DNA of 63,732 nucleotides, counting the filler, from Intoshia linei (lineage: Eukaryota; Animalia; Orthonectida): NCBI GenBank assembly GCA_001642005.1. It is 8 parts of 8 records of this genome, joined end to end, with 100 filler letters (N's around TTAATTAATTAA, not from the genome) between each part and the next. Parts side by side here need not be neighbours in the genome. Positions count along the whole stretch, not along the records: positions 1 to 11,974 come from LWCA01001124.1; 7 more parts are not named here. One strand, written 5' to 3'. The notes beneath the pieces were generated by a model, which worked only from the letters and a program-made list of their open reading frames with translations, ran no database searches and had not been told where the DNA came from. Of the stretch, positions 1 to 11,974 are shown in pieces (position 1 is the stretch's first letter; each line of letters opens with the position of its first letter). The position numbers and the translations under genes are program-made.

Positions 1-96
1 ACGAAAAGGGTGAACAATTTCATCAAACTATGATGTTATATGAAAGACGTTTTAAAAGATGTAGATTATTAAATATGATTTGTGATTTTTTTTAGT
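1..96 (+). mobile_element. Chapaev3-like (CMC superfamily) transposase C-terminal remnant
   Basis: Frame from nt 3 reads EKGEQFHQTMMLYERRFKRCRLLNMICDFF*, resembling the E.GERFHQD...ME.RYQG...ML.DYCW motif of Chapaev3-type transposases. Truncated by the window edge. Confidence 0.55.
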
Positions 97-529
97 GGTG
101 TTCAATAAAAAATACATTTTAAATTTAATTAATTATTACTTTTATTATTAAATATTTTTAATTAATACCTTCTTAAATCTTAATTTTTGAAATTTATGTC
201 TATCACTTACATCCTTGATATTGAACAAGATTTGTCTAGGGGTAACCCGAAAAAGTTGATTTTACGTGTAATGTAAGTAGTACATTCAGAAAATTTTTAT
301 TTTATATTGTTTGTCGATGTTGCCTTAAAATTAGAGTTAATTAATTAAAGTAACACTTTTTTTATACATATATAGACGTGTATGTCTATCTGTCAATTTT
401 ACCATTTGTAATATACAATATTAATTGTAAATAGACCTCACGGTGGAGTATACCTCTTTAAAAAACAAACTTTGACCCTTAATTGAATCCAAAGTCGATC
501 TTGAAATTAATAAATTTTTTTTAAATACA

Positions 530-1194
530 ACTCTACCACCTGTAAATTTTTTGAAATTCTAGGGCTGTTTTCAAAAAAAAAAAGGGAAGGGAATTTGGGG
601 TTTTGGCCATGAAGATATAATTTTTTTAAATTTAAATTTATGATAATGTTTATGATTATAAAATCCGTATCAGTGTATATATTTTTTTAAATTCTACAAC
701 TCGTTTGATTTTGATATCGACTTGTTTTTGACCCGTAAGATATGAGTTTGAGAGGTTGAAATTTATATTATTATATGTCACGGTAAAAACTGTAACTGAA
801 ATATGGACTTTATAAAATTCTAAGACTGGTAGTTATTTCAATAAAGTGGAACACCCACACACAAACAAAAATCGCGTAGCATATTATATAAGTAAGGATT
901 GTTGGTTTTTCAAATTTTCGAATAATCAGGACTCCATAATGTGTATCGCATCAGCGTATATATTTTTTTAAGTTCTCCAACTCGGTTAATTTTCAAAAAG
1001 AGGGACAACAGGGGTTTTTGACCCTTAAGATGTGAAATTGGGAGTTTGAAATATATCTTAATATACGTCCCGAAAAAAACTGTAATTAAAATGGGGTCTT
1101 TAAAAAATTCTAAGATGGGTAGTTATTTAAATATAGCTGAACACACACATAGACACACAAATAAAAATCGCGTCGCATTTTATATAAGTTAGGA
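530..1194 (-). mobile_element. Two head-to-tail 5' portions of the dominant non-autonomous Helitron family
   Basis: Two similar blocks each end on + with (CA)n-AAAAATCGCGT..TTATATAAGT(A/T)AGGA|T at 898 and 1194, i.e. A|TCCT(T/A)ACTTATATAA... on -, a Helitron-type TC 5' end. Confidence 0.7.
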
Positions 1195-2265
1195 TTTACT
1201 GTTAAATTTTTCAAGTTTTAAACACCGATTTAAATTTAAATCTACTATAATTATAATTGGCTCATTGTATTCATTTTAAAACTGAATGTTTAGATCGCTC
1301 TGGATTTCATTTTGTTGAATATATTATAATTGTTTCATTTCAGTTAAAATTGTAATTTATTATGTGGAAATTTTTAAAAACGGGCTACTGTCTTTTCTCA
1401 ATTATAAGCAGACCCCTGAAATACAAATTTTCAGTGAAATTTTTAACTAAATGAAATTTGAATATAACCATTTTTGCATGTATTCGAAAGAAAGAACTTT
1501 AAACAAAAAATAGACAACATATTAATTTATTTTTAAAAAATAACTTCCTTCATACATGAAATAATTTAGAAGTTTTACGTTCATCATATACAATATGTTG
1601 TTTATGCAATTCGTTGAAAATAATCTGAATTTTAAATTTTTTAGAAGCAACAAAAAATTCATTAAGATAAGGTGATTCAGAAGTGATTTTAATATTTTTA
1701 ATGTACTCACAATCAATGATATCAAGCGGGACCAAATATTCTTTAAGTCCTTCACAGACCTCATTATTTGATTTATAAGTTTTATCCCAAACAAAAAATT
1801 GATTTTGAGACTACCTCAAGATGTAATTTAATACACATCTAACGAGTTCTTAAAATATAAAAGCAACATTTGAGTATATTTTTTATATTTTTCAAGGTCT
1901 GCATAAAAGTCTACTTGTTTTTGATTATAAGCATTTTTCATTCTACTCTCGAATATAAGAAAACTTCTTATAATCGAGAAAAGACATTAGTAGAATTTTT
2001 GGTATAAAAAAGTAGCCCACAAGATGGAAAAGGTTGCCAACTCCTGAAGTATGTTATCGTTATGTATATATTATTGAAACAAATTAAAAAATGTAGAGCC
2101 TTAGAATTTAAACAAACCCAATTTCTAAAAAAAATTTTTCGAGAGAGGTTTTGCCATCGCAAATTTCATTCTTAGAAAGTGAGGTCAAATATTTTTAATA
2201 GACATGAATAATATACAATCTATATTGATAAATGCACAAGTGCATATATAAAACAGATAATATAG

Positions 2266-4743
2266 CACCAACAAGAAGCAATATTGGATACGGGAACAAA
2301 TGTTTTGGCATTACCACCAAATTTATTCTATAAAGTAGCTAGAATAATTAAAAAGGAATCGATAGTAAAAAAATTTACCAATATTTAGGGCCGTGGAGAC
2401 TGACAAATAGATCGGGTCCAATTACATGATTTGTACAAATTTTTCGAAATTATTGTTATTTTGACAATTATAAATACATGTATATTAAATGATTAAATTA
2501 TGATTAAATTATTATTAGTCATGTACAATAGCCATGTCAAACTTAAATGCGTGGCGGGTCGCATTATTGTGACATTTTTTTAGGCGTGCCATGTTCCGAC
2601 AAATATACAGTATATATGTAGCAAGCTTGACTGTTATGTACTTGGTACAGACAGCATCCGAGCTCTGCTGAAACAGATTTTTTTAAGTGTATTAAAAAAA
2701 TATTCAATAATAAATATATATATATATATTCGTAATCTTACTTAAAAAATGTTAAATTCACTATTATCAATTCTTTGAAGGACTGGCTCCTAAAATTTTT
2801 TCATTATAGACCCATCTTTGTATAGTCTTTTGTAGCTACTATTTTAATTGCGAATTTTATCAGATTATTGAATGATTTCGGAAAGTAGGGATAAAATTTA
2901 AACAAGGAAATTTCGTCAAATTTATTTTTTGAATTTGATTATAACTTCAAAATCTCCAATTTTGGCACCCATTAGGGTGACATATTTGTATACTTCAATA
3001 TCTTTAACTATCAAATTCAGACATTTTGAATTTTTCATTGAGATGTGATATAAATTCACGTATTGGCTCAAAGGTTGAAAATTTTAACACTGAAATTTGA
3101 AACGAGTCGCATGCGGCCTGCGGGTCGCAAGTTTGACACGGCTTATGTACAATGTACATTGTAATAAACTTTTGTATTTTTCAGTCATATAAAAAATAAT
3201 AAGACAATAACCGCTCTCTCCACTGCCCAAATATCACTATATACTGTAGAATGTCTCTATATATCAACTGTCAACTGATAAAACACAGATAAACATTTAA
3301 ATACTATTATGATTTAAATTAGGGATTCTCAAACTCATTTTGTCTACCGCGCACCTCGTTTTAATAATATATTTGATTCAACGCCCCTTGAAAACATTAT
3401 TGATTACGTCGTATAATATTTATTTTAAAATTTACTCAATAAATAAACAATTGTTTTTTGGTTCGATATAATTAATAATATTATATATAATATATGTCAA
3501 TTAAAAAATGATATATTTATTACTGTCACTGTTTATCTTAGTGGATCGCAAAATAGCTATAAAAATATCCCCTTACAACCAAAAAATTCACGAACGCCCA
3601 ACTCTATCAGTCTAAAACTCAACAAAATCTTTTTTCGAATATAGAATACTTTATAATAATAAAAATATTAGTGGAAACTGCATCTGATGTTGATCTACTA
3701 ATTTTTTATTTCTGGTTCCGTCAGTCAACATTAATTGTAAATTTCCAAAGTTTGAATATTTGTAATCTATTCCTATTTTTGGTCAATAAATGGATTACAA
3801 CACTGAATCCCCATTGTATGATGATAGAAAAGTAATAATAATTTTTTCCAAGTATCGAATCAATTTTATTATACCGAACTACATCAAAATGAACATAAAA
3901 CAATGATTGGCATTAAAAGTAAATTATATTGTATAGAGAAAAACTTTTTATGTTTTTATAATTTTTGTAAATTTGCCCAAACTGAATTAATTGCCTTCTG
4001 GGGCGATATCTCACACTTTGAAAACCTCTAATTTAAAGTTTATGAGTGACTTTTATGAAAGAAATGAAAATTTAGCTTCAATATATATCTTATTTCCTGA
4101 AATGCACTTTAGTATAGACACATTCGACTGATATATTAAAAAAACGCTCAAATCTTTTTAAATTTATTTAGAAAAAAATGGGCTTTATGAAATATTACTT
4201 TACCTCATTTGATTGCATTGACGCTTCAATGTTGCAAAATTTTCCAAATTTACAAATAAATCTAGAAAAATCACACAATTCAAGCTTGCCTCTTATTTTA
4301 ACCCCAAAAGATTACATGGTTAAATATGATTACGAAAATTGTTATAAAATGGCAATTACAAAGTCTTCTCGGAGTAAGTGATTTAAATGTTAATATTTTT
4401 ATTATTGTTCATTTATTAATCAACAGACAACATACTTGGATCACCAATATTTAAAATATACAGAGTACATTTTTATGCAAACCAACGCGTAAAATGGGTT
4501 AGTTTTGATAAAACACCCTGTACAATATATGGTTTAAATTCACTGAACGATATCAACAATTCCAAAAATTGTACCAAATACCTCAATTCAAATGAAATGG
4601 AAAATTTTTCGTTTAGAGAAACTTTAATTTTAAAAATTGCAATATATTGTTTCCTATCAATTTCTATTCTCGTTATTTTTATACTCCTTATTGAACACAT
4701 CATATATAAACGAAATAGAAATAAAATTGACATTGCACGTTGA
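2266..4743 (+). CDS. BACE-like (pepsin family A1) type I membrane aspartic protease, C-terminal half; exons 2266-2364, 4172-4373, 4427-4743
   Basis: Spliced translation: HQQEAILDTGTNVLALPPNLFYKVARIIKKESI|KKMGF...FPNLQINL...LILTPKDYM...CYKMAITKSSR|NNILGSPIFKIYRVHF...VSFDKTPC...IAIYCFLSISILVIFILLIEHIIYKRNRNK...R*. Catalytic DTG at 2287-2295. Matches BACE SIVDSGTTNLRLP / FPVISL / CYKFAISQS / VMGAVIMEGFYVVF / IGFAVSAC. GT-AG introns with consistent phases. N-terminal lobe not resolved. Confidence 0.8.
2386..3230. mobile_element. TIR element (hAT-like MITE), outer element of a nested set
   Basis: TAGGGCCGTGGAG ... CTCCACTGCCCAA imperfect 13-bp TIRs; TSD unclear. Confidence 0.5.
2529..3144. mobile_element. 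hAT MITE with perfect 8-bp TSD
   Basis: TIRs TAGCCATGTCAAAC / GTTTGACACGGCTT flanked by ATGTACAA (2521-2528 and 3145-3152); GCGGGTCGCA subterminal motifs. Confidence 0.85.
3320..4030 (-). mobile_element. hAT (Charlie/Buster-like) deletion derivative
   Basis: TIRs TAGGGATTCTCAAA / TTTGAAAACCTCTA, TSD ATTTAAAT/ATTTAAAG. Minus strand retains GFSVVIHLLTKNRNRLQI, typical of the hAT C-terminal dimerisation region. Confidence 0.7.
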
Positions 4744-4848
4744 TTTCATTATTCACATTAATAAAATTTTATTATTGTATTTTCCACCAGAAATCTTATT
4801 TTTAATACTATCAATTCGATAAAATTATTTATTAAAAATCCATTAATT

Positions 4849-5053
4849 CAGCGTTTCCAAATACCGGTCCGCGAAATAAATTTTACTAATTATATAATAT
4901 ATAGTTATTTATTATTATTTATTTTTTTATTGTCAATTTATTACGTTTTGATCAAATTTTTTTTAGTGTTGCCTAGTAATTTCACTTTAATGATCCACGA
5001 TAAATTTCATAAATTATTACCGATTAGCCGTGAAAAAAGTGTGGAAACCACTG
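4849..5053. mobile_element. hAT MITE (MER5/Charlie-like)
   Basis: CAGCGTTTCCA ... TGGAAACCACTG TIRs with perfect 8-bp TSD CATTAATT (4841-4848, 5054-5061). Confidence 0.85.
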
Positions 5054-5225
5054 CATTAATTCATTTTTCACTAATTATTTTCTTTAAATATACATATTAT
5101 CTCTCTACAAGCAAATTTTAATTTATATACGTGGTCGGATGATAAAATGTTTAATAAATAAGACCGCAAAAATTTTTCAAGAAAAACTAATTTGACAGAC
5201 AAATCTGTTTAATATAAATTAAGAT

Positions 5226-5922
5226 AAGTGGTTTTCAAAGTGGTCCACAGGAAAAATTTTTAATAAAATGAAGATAACCTTTTTTAAAAAATAATATTAA
5301 ATTAGAATATTATTATTAGTGAACGTAAATATCATTTTATAAAAATAAAGTGAAAATTTACTGAATAACGTGAATAATTTTCACGTGAGTTAAATCTAAT
5401 CTATGTAGCGATTTAACTTAGTCGTTCCCAGAACCGAACTTAGCAAGCTCGTGGCTACTTCTGAAATGAAAAATAGCCCCTTAAAAAAAAATTGTAAACG
5501 AATTATAATGTCATATAATCCTATCCATCTCTTAAGACTCTTGAGTTGACATTTTAAATTAAACACACAAATTAGTTGATATTCAAAAAATTTTGTAATT
5601 CTTAATTTAGTAAATTAAAGCCACATCTTAAAAAAATTTCGTTGAGATCCATCGGTATAAGAGTCTCGGATACGGTAGGTTCGGCACTGGTAATTCACCA
5701 TAATTATGTTTGAAATTAATAATTTTTTTAATAACGCCATTGAAGCTACCATGTCAAAATTAATATTAAATTTTCGATTTAGGGAGATATATATAATAAA
5801 AAAATGTAAATGCTACCCTAGTGACGTGTTAAGGATTAAAAGAGTTTTTTAAAAATTATGTGGTCTACACACATTTTTTTTGTGACAAGTGGTCCATGGT
5901 GGAAACAGTTTTGGAACCAATG
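5226..5922. mobile_element. Degenerate hAT-like MITE
   Basis: AAGTGGTTTTCAAAGTGGTCCA ... GTGGTCCA..TTTTGGAACCAATG ends, same TIR family as other CAGTGGTT(T/C)TCAA elements in the window. Confidence 0.5.
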
Positions 5923-6182
5923 TCTTAGAGTCTAATTTATTAATTCAAATCTGAAGCTTAGACTATCAAAAATCACTTTTAATGCACAAAAGATAATAAA
6001 ATCATTGATCCGACACTAACCACAAAATGTTACCACAACTCCTGCCTGGTTCAAACGATCCAAACAAATCATAAATTGTTAAAAATTGAAAAAAATAATA
6101 TACATAATCATTTAATCAATAATATACGCTACATATGGCATACGAGTATGGTGTTAATTATAAAACAACAAATATATCAAAT

Positions 6183-7907
6183 CTATTTAAAAAAACTAAA
6201 TGACATTTTTTTAGAATCAGTAGACTCGTTGTTTTCAAACAGGGAGACAATTTCGTTTTTATCAATTTGTTGATCAGTTCTACACAACTTACTATCCTTA
6301 CTAAGTGATTTGGTCATCATTTTTGGTTGTTGGTCGTCATTTTTCCAATTGATAAACTTGTTAGAATTACCAGAAGAACCTGACGTAGTAGTAATAGCCA
6401 AATTATCAATAAGAGTCAAAACACTTTCATCAATATCAGAACTAATCAATTTACGTTCTTGAGTTTTGGAATCTTTTCTGGGTTCAATAATAACATCAGC
6501 AAATTTAGGTGGTGTATCAATTTCTTGTGGTTTCAACAAATTAATTGAATTCAATTGTGAAGTAGATGTAGAATTAAAACCAAAGTCGAGTAAATCGATG
6601 ATTGAATCTTTTTTGGTAGCTTGAGGTTTAGAAATTTCTGTCGATGCATCAAATAAGTCTGGAATGTCTTTCTTGGGAGAATCAATCTTTTTAAATTCGT
6701 TTTCAACAAGAGAGTGTGTGAAATGTACATCAAAATCAAAATCCATTTGCGGTGTAAGTGATCTAGTTGGTGTAGATTCGTAGTGGTAATTGGATTTCTC
6801 AATTAATTTATTCTTTTTTAAACGTTCCAATTCACGTCTTTCGTCTTCAATGATACTACGCTTAATGACATCAATATTATTATCAATTTCTTTAGGTTTC
6901 CAAGAATCTGACATTTTTTCGATTCTGCTATTATCTGAACCCCTGGATCTATCCGTACTATAACTGCACGTATCTGCATTTTTTTTATTGGCCATAGATT
7001 CAGCCAAATGTCGCACTTCTGTAATTGATTTCGGCCTAACTTTGCCTTCCAACATTCTAATGTGCTCCTCCAATTTAGGTAAAATTGAAATGGGTGCCTG
7101 GGTTAAATCTGGGTGTTTTTGCTCAATTCCATTTCCCACTCTATTAGCAACAGAAAGAAAATTTTCCATTACCTTCATTTTATCCAAGTATTGCTTATAC
7201 ATGGTTAATGACTCTCTGCAATTTATTAAAGACAATTTGAAATATACTTCCAGTAATGCAATCATACTCTTATTGTAAACTGAATAAACTGAAATCGCAT
7301 CAGCGTACAATAATTGAAAAGCTGCGTTAATTATACTATTATGCTGATCATGAGGGTTTGGTCTAAACTCGAAAAGGGCATGAATCAAATCGTGTATTAC
7401 AGGAATAGTTTTAAGCAATAATGTCGTATCGTTTCTATTAAAATAATGGTCCATGTTAATTTCAATGCGGGTGAAATCAATCCCAAGTTTTTGGTATGTT
7501 AAAAATTTCATATTTAAATAATGACTATATCGTCGAATGTAGGTACTCATCAGGTGGCCGTCAGCATTCTTTTTATCACTAAAATTTTGCAAATTAAAGG
7601 TAGAACTACTTGAAGCTAAATATTGAATTAATCTTTCGTTTCCACTGCGGATTAATTTGTGACAGGTTATTAGAGATTTAAAAACCACCACCCAATTAGA
7701 ATGTTGACTGCGTTCTAAAAGAGCTATGGCTATACCAGATATTGAAATATTGGAAGAATTTGAAGATTGGATCAAGTATTGTAAATGCTTCCATTTTGGA
7801 CTAATCATTTGTTCGGTAGTAGCTTTATAAACTGCTTTTTCAATACCTGTACCAGAAATTGTGTGCTGTATTGCATTCAATCTATCGGTAATACTTTGAG
7901 AAGTCAT
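6183..7907 (-). CDS. PICALM: Phosphatidylinositol-binding clathrin assembly protein (PICALM/AP180/LAP; ANTH domain), single exon
   Basis: 574-aa ORF: MTSQSITDRL..AIQH, KATTEQMISPKWKHL, NWVVVFKSLITCHKL..GNER, MSTYIRRYS.YLN, PDLTQAP..L..LEEH, DLF/DLL motifs and SSDIDESV..LIDNL near the C-terminus. Confidence 0.95.
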   Translation of the reverse strand: MTSQSITDRLNAIQHTISGTGIEKAVYKATTEQMISPKWKHLQYLIQSSNSSNISISGIAIALLERSQHSNWVVVFKSLITCHKLIRSGNERLIQYLASSSSTFNLQNFSDKKNADGHLMSTYIRRYSHYLNMKFLTYQKLGIDFTRIEINMDHYFNRNDTTLLLKTIPVIHDLIHALFEFRPNPHDQHNSIINAAFQLLYADAISVYSVYNKSMIALLEVYFKLSLINCRESLTMYKQYLDKMKVMENFLSVANRVGNGIEQKHPDLTQAPISILPKLEEHIRMLEGKVRPKSITEVRHLAESMANKKNADTCSYSTDRSRGSDNSRIEKMSDSWKPKEIDNNIDVIKRSIIEDERRELERLKKNKLIEKSNYHYESTPTRSLTPQMDFDFDVHFTHSLVENEFKKIDSPKKDIPDLFDASTEISKPQATKKDSIIDLLDFGFNSTSTSQLNSINLLKPQEIDTPPKFADVIIEPRKDSKTQERKLISSDIDESVLTLIDNLAITTTSGSSGNSNKFINWKNDDQQPKMMTKSLSKDSKLCRTDQQIDKNEIVSLFENNESTDSKKMSFSFFK

Positions 7908-8581
7908 CTAAATTTAAGATTACTAACATTAGATTTAACATAGATTAATAAATAAAATATTAATAAAACAGTAAATTGTTGATTAAAATTTTATGTGTTA
8001 TATAACTAAATCAATAAATATCACCAGTAAAATGTAACCTTTATGTAATGTGAATAAAATATAAAATATAAAATTTACATTATTCATTTGGTATCCGATT
8101 TATAATAATACAGTACGTTTTTATTACAAATCAGTTCACAAAACGAAATAATCGAAAACTATAAAATGACAATACATAGATATATCTATTTATATTTTTA
8201 TCAGAATTTTCAAGAATTAACTCTGCAAACGAACAGTACACAGTGTGCACTGCACAACACAAATATTTATGTGTATAAGACTCAGTATAAGATACAAATA
8301 TTACGACACTCTGTAATGTCTTTATATGGATACAGATACGAATCAGCGTAATATCAACAGAAATTATCAATTAATGATTTAATAATACCAAACATGGCAT
8401 CATTTTATAATACATCACTATATTAATACACGTTTTGCACAAAGTTACAAAAAGTTAAATCTGCCTATGACTGTGTTTAAAAATCATGGGACTAAGTCCC
8501 ACTAGTGGAGCCTTTGAAATTTCATTAATTTATAGGAATTGTGAAAACTTTAAATTAATGCAATGTTAATTTTGCTCAATA

Positions 8582-9091
8582 CTAGATTAATTGTTATGTA
8601 CTTGGTACAAACGACACCTAGCTATGTCGAGGGTTAACTTTTTATTTTTAAGACCGATTTTTTAATTAATTTTAAATTTTCCAAGTTGTCATTTATAATA
8701 ATACTCATAATTTTACAAACTATACAGAATTTATGTTTTATAAAATGCTGTGACCTTTTCATTTTTAAAAAAACGGTTCATTTGTGGATTTTTCATGAAG
8801 ATGCAAGTTTCTGATGTTAAGATTTACGACAATAGTAATGGTATTTAAACGCATCCCAGAATTTAGTTTTGTTATTTTTTTTATAATTTTAGGACTTAAT
8901 TTATTATTTATTAAAAATAAAGGTAATTTGGGTTTTTCATCCTGAACAACTCAATTTCTGAAAATAAAATTTGCAATAAAACGTGACTCTCGAAAAACTG
9001 TATTAGAAATTGAGATTTTTTGAATTCTAAGACTTTCTATTTTTACATTAAACAAAAACACACAGACATTAAATTTTATATAAATAAAGGA
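8582..9091 (-). mobile_element. Complete ~510-bp non-autonomous Helitron
   Basis: On - strand starts A|TCCTTTATTTATATAAAA and ends with a TGTAC-caa-GTACA hairpin followed by CTAG|T. Inserted between A and T, no TSD. Confidence 0.75.
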
Positions 9092-9161
9092 TTAAGAAAT
9101 TCTGTAATAATCGTCAGGCTTTTAATTTCAAATTTCAAGTTTTTAATTAACTTATACATAA

Positions 9162-9449
9162 CAGGAATGTCAAACTCAATTTGCTTGGCGCGTCAAATGT
9201 GAAAAAAAATTATTACGCGGTCCGCACAAAAAAAATAATGTTAAAACTAACACATTTAATTAATTTATAATAATTTTAATTCATAAAATGAAATATGAAA
9301 CAATAACAATGGAATAAACGAAAAAAATGTAATAATGAATAAACAAATCATGAAAAATATATGAAAAAAACTGTAAAATAAAAAATATGTGTAAAAAATA
9401 AAAATTTATATTATAACGCGAGCCGCACATTCCATAATTGGCACCCCTG
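9162..9449. mobile_element. hAT MITE (CAGG..TGTCAAAC family)
   Basis: CAGGAATGTCAAACTC ... TTGGCACCCCTG; homologous along its length to 29017-29326; TSD degenerate. Confidence 0.7.
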
Positions 9450-9481
9450 TTGTATAACATCCTAATAATAATATCGACATA

Positions 9482-10160
9482 TCCTTTACTTATATAAAAT
9501 TGAGAGTACGTGTTGCCGTTTATTTAAAAATTTAACAATCTTAGAATTTAAATAATAATCTATTTCCAATGTCTAATAGTTTTTCGAAAGTGATGCTGTC
9601 TAGTAAACTTTATTTTCCGAAATTGAGTCCTTCAGGGTTAGAAACCCAATTTCCCCTTATTATTAAAAATACAATCAGCCCTAAAATTGAAAAACCAGAT
9701 GAATATTCTGGGACGCGTTTTAAAATCATTAATATTATCGTATTTTCGTAATAGAAAAACTTACATCTTCATGGTCTAAACCACAAATTAGCTTTTTTTT
9801 AAGAAATGAATTAAATACTGTGATAATTTTTAAACATCATAAGCACAATTATAAATCGTAACCACAAAAAAAGTTGACAAAGTTTCACAACCAAAATGCC
9901 AGATTACTTAGAATAATTTTTTAAAAAATGAAGTCCTAGAATTTTAAAAAAACAACTAAGTCATCTTCAGTGAAAAAATTCCAAAAGTTTTAAACTCATA
10001 AAGTGATCCCTTAACTATCAAAAAACCACTTTGATATACATTTGGAAGCTACTTTATTGCAACAATTAACGGTCCTAGAATTTGAAAAAAGATTAGTCTG
10101 ATACAGCTTATTCTAGTTGCTATAAATACAAAATTTCAACCCAGAAATTTACGCAAAGTA
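9482..10160 (+). mobile_element. Helitron-family copy (5' end plus internal blocks)
   Basis: A|TCCTTTACTTATATAAAA start at 9482; internal blocks (CTAGAATTT..., AGCTTATTC.AGTTG.TATAAATACAAAATTTCAAC) shared with 39700, 53950 and 59950 copies. Confidence 0.55.
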
Positions 10161-11184
10161 CAACGCGAAGTTTATGCTGTAAATATAGAATACACAGACG
10201 TGTGAAGTGAAATTGCTGTGTATAATATAGAATACACCAACAGTGAAAGGGTTAAACCCAACCATTTTTACTAAAAATAGTTGGATTTAAATAGATACCC
10301 TATATTTTATAGTTTAAAGTAACATTCACCCGAAATGTTTTTAAATATGCTGAATCCTTTATTTATACAAAATATTTTTTACTTATCGAAAGCAGTTACA
10401 GGATAAACTCCATCAAATTATGAAATTACTAGAAATTTACAATTTTATTTTTTATAGAATTCAAGTTATTTATGATGTTTTTTAGGATTGTACTGTTTTT
10501 AATTTATTTTTAAGAGTATACCTTTGTTCTCTATAATAAATTAAAATGAAAGCTAGCTGCTATTTTTTCCATGTACATAACATTCAAGCTAGTAACAGAT
10601 AAGGTTATCAACATTATGTTATTCTCAACCGAATTTTTGAGCAAAGCGTATTATTTTTTTTGTTATTTAAATAAATTTTTAAGGCCCTCTTTTACTTTGA
10701 GATCTCTTTTATAAAAAAATAACAGTTTACACATCAAATACAGTCGCTTATTCATCCAATATAAATAAAATATGTCTGATCTGATGATTTTGATTGAAAT
10801 AATTAAATTACCCTGAGAAATATCACTTAACCCTGAGCACTGAGTTGACTTTTAAAACCAGTAGTCTCAAGGGGGAAATAACGCAGTTGGTAACCATCTA
10901 AACAGATAAAGATATTTTAGGGTCCATGATAAATTATTTTTTAATTTGGTGGTTCACGTTTATTACTTTAGAAACCACGCATGTACATTAGGGTATCACA
11001 TCGTTTTTAAATTTTGATATTTTTAAAGACGTACCATGTGGACTAAATGTATTTTTAAATGCAAACCAAGATGTAAAAGACCATTTTTGAAAAAAGTAAG
11101 TAACGACGTTGCGGTGATCAATTAAGTAATTAGATAAAATATTTGTAAATTTAAGTTTATTTTTGTATATTTCTAATAAAATCA

Positions 11185-11409
11185 TCAAAATTTATTCAAA
11201 ACTGACACTATATTTTGGATTTCTACTTTGTTTTTGGACAAATTTGAGGCTCGTTTGTATTTTTGTAAAGCTCTTTCGGCTACATCATTCACAATTGGAG
11301 CGATACCAATATTTATTAAATTTTTATTTATATAATAATTGTGATTATTATACTTTTCTTTAGCTGCTCGAACTATACCTTTGAGTTGAATTGATTCAGT
11401 AGCCATCAT
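11185..11409 (-). pseudogene. Probable transposase C-terminal remnant
   Basis: 74-aa ORF with IVNDVAERAL, similar to the VND.AER motif seen in DNA-transposase-derived proteins; family not assigned. Confidence 0.35.
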
Positions 11410-11974
11410 TTCTCAAACTTACAACATTTCTTCGTCAGTTTTAGAAGCAACCTTGGGATCTCCAGTTTAACCAATATATTATGTAACCATAATATATAAA
11501 TACTATAAATGACTTCATATTTTCCGATTTGTTTATACCAAGAATGTATGATTTTAAACAATAAATAATTAAAATAAAATTAATTTTTGATCTTAACGGC
11601 CATTTTTAAATCTATGAAATTTAATTTTTATCAAAAGATTTATAATCAAAATTGATAAAGAAATTAGATTTTTGTTGACTCAACAATGAGCAATTCAATG
11701 TTATGTTCAGTGAAGCGGACAATTTTCCTTTGATATTGTTCTATTTCAATACTGAATATTAATTTTTAATCTTTGTTAATTAAAATTAATCTTGCTGAAT
11801 GAAATTTAATATGTTAAACTCATAATTATTTATACATTTTTGTTGATTGTTTCATTCCGTTATTTAATTTACAATTTTAATATCACAAAATAATAAACCA
11901 AAACATGTCTAATAGAAAAAGAGACATATTTTGTGGTCCTTTTATTGATTTCAAATTTAATACATCAAAATTTC

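Noticed and set aside
1570-1822. Plus-strand frame interrupted only by TGA, suggesting recoding
   Set aside because: It is the antisense shadow of a minus-strand open frame; TGA ends the BACE-like CDS and conserved Trp are TGG in other genes.
6551-7278. Short ORFs overlapping PICALM (likewise 21161-21445, 22802-23134, 33391-33591, 34816-35004, 43028-43225, 59542-59811)
   Set aside because: Antisense or alternate-frame shadows of real CDSs with no recognisable motifs.
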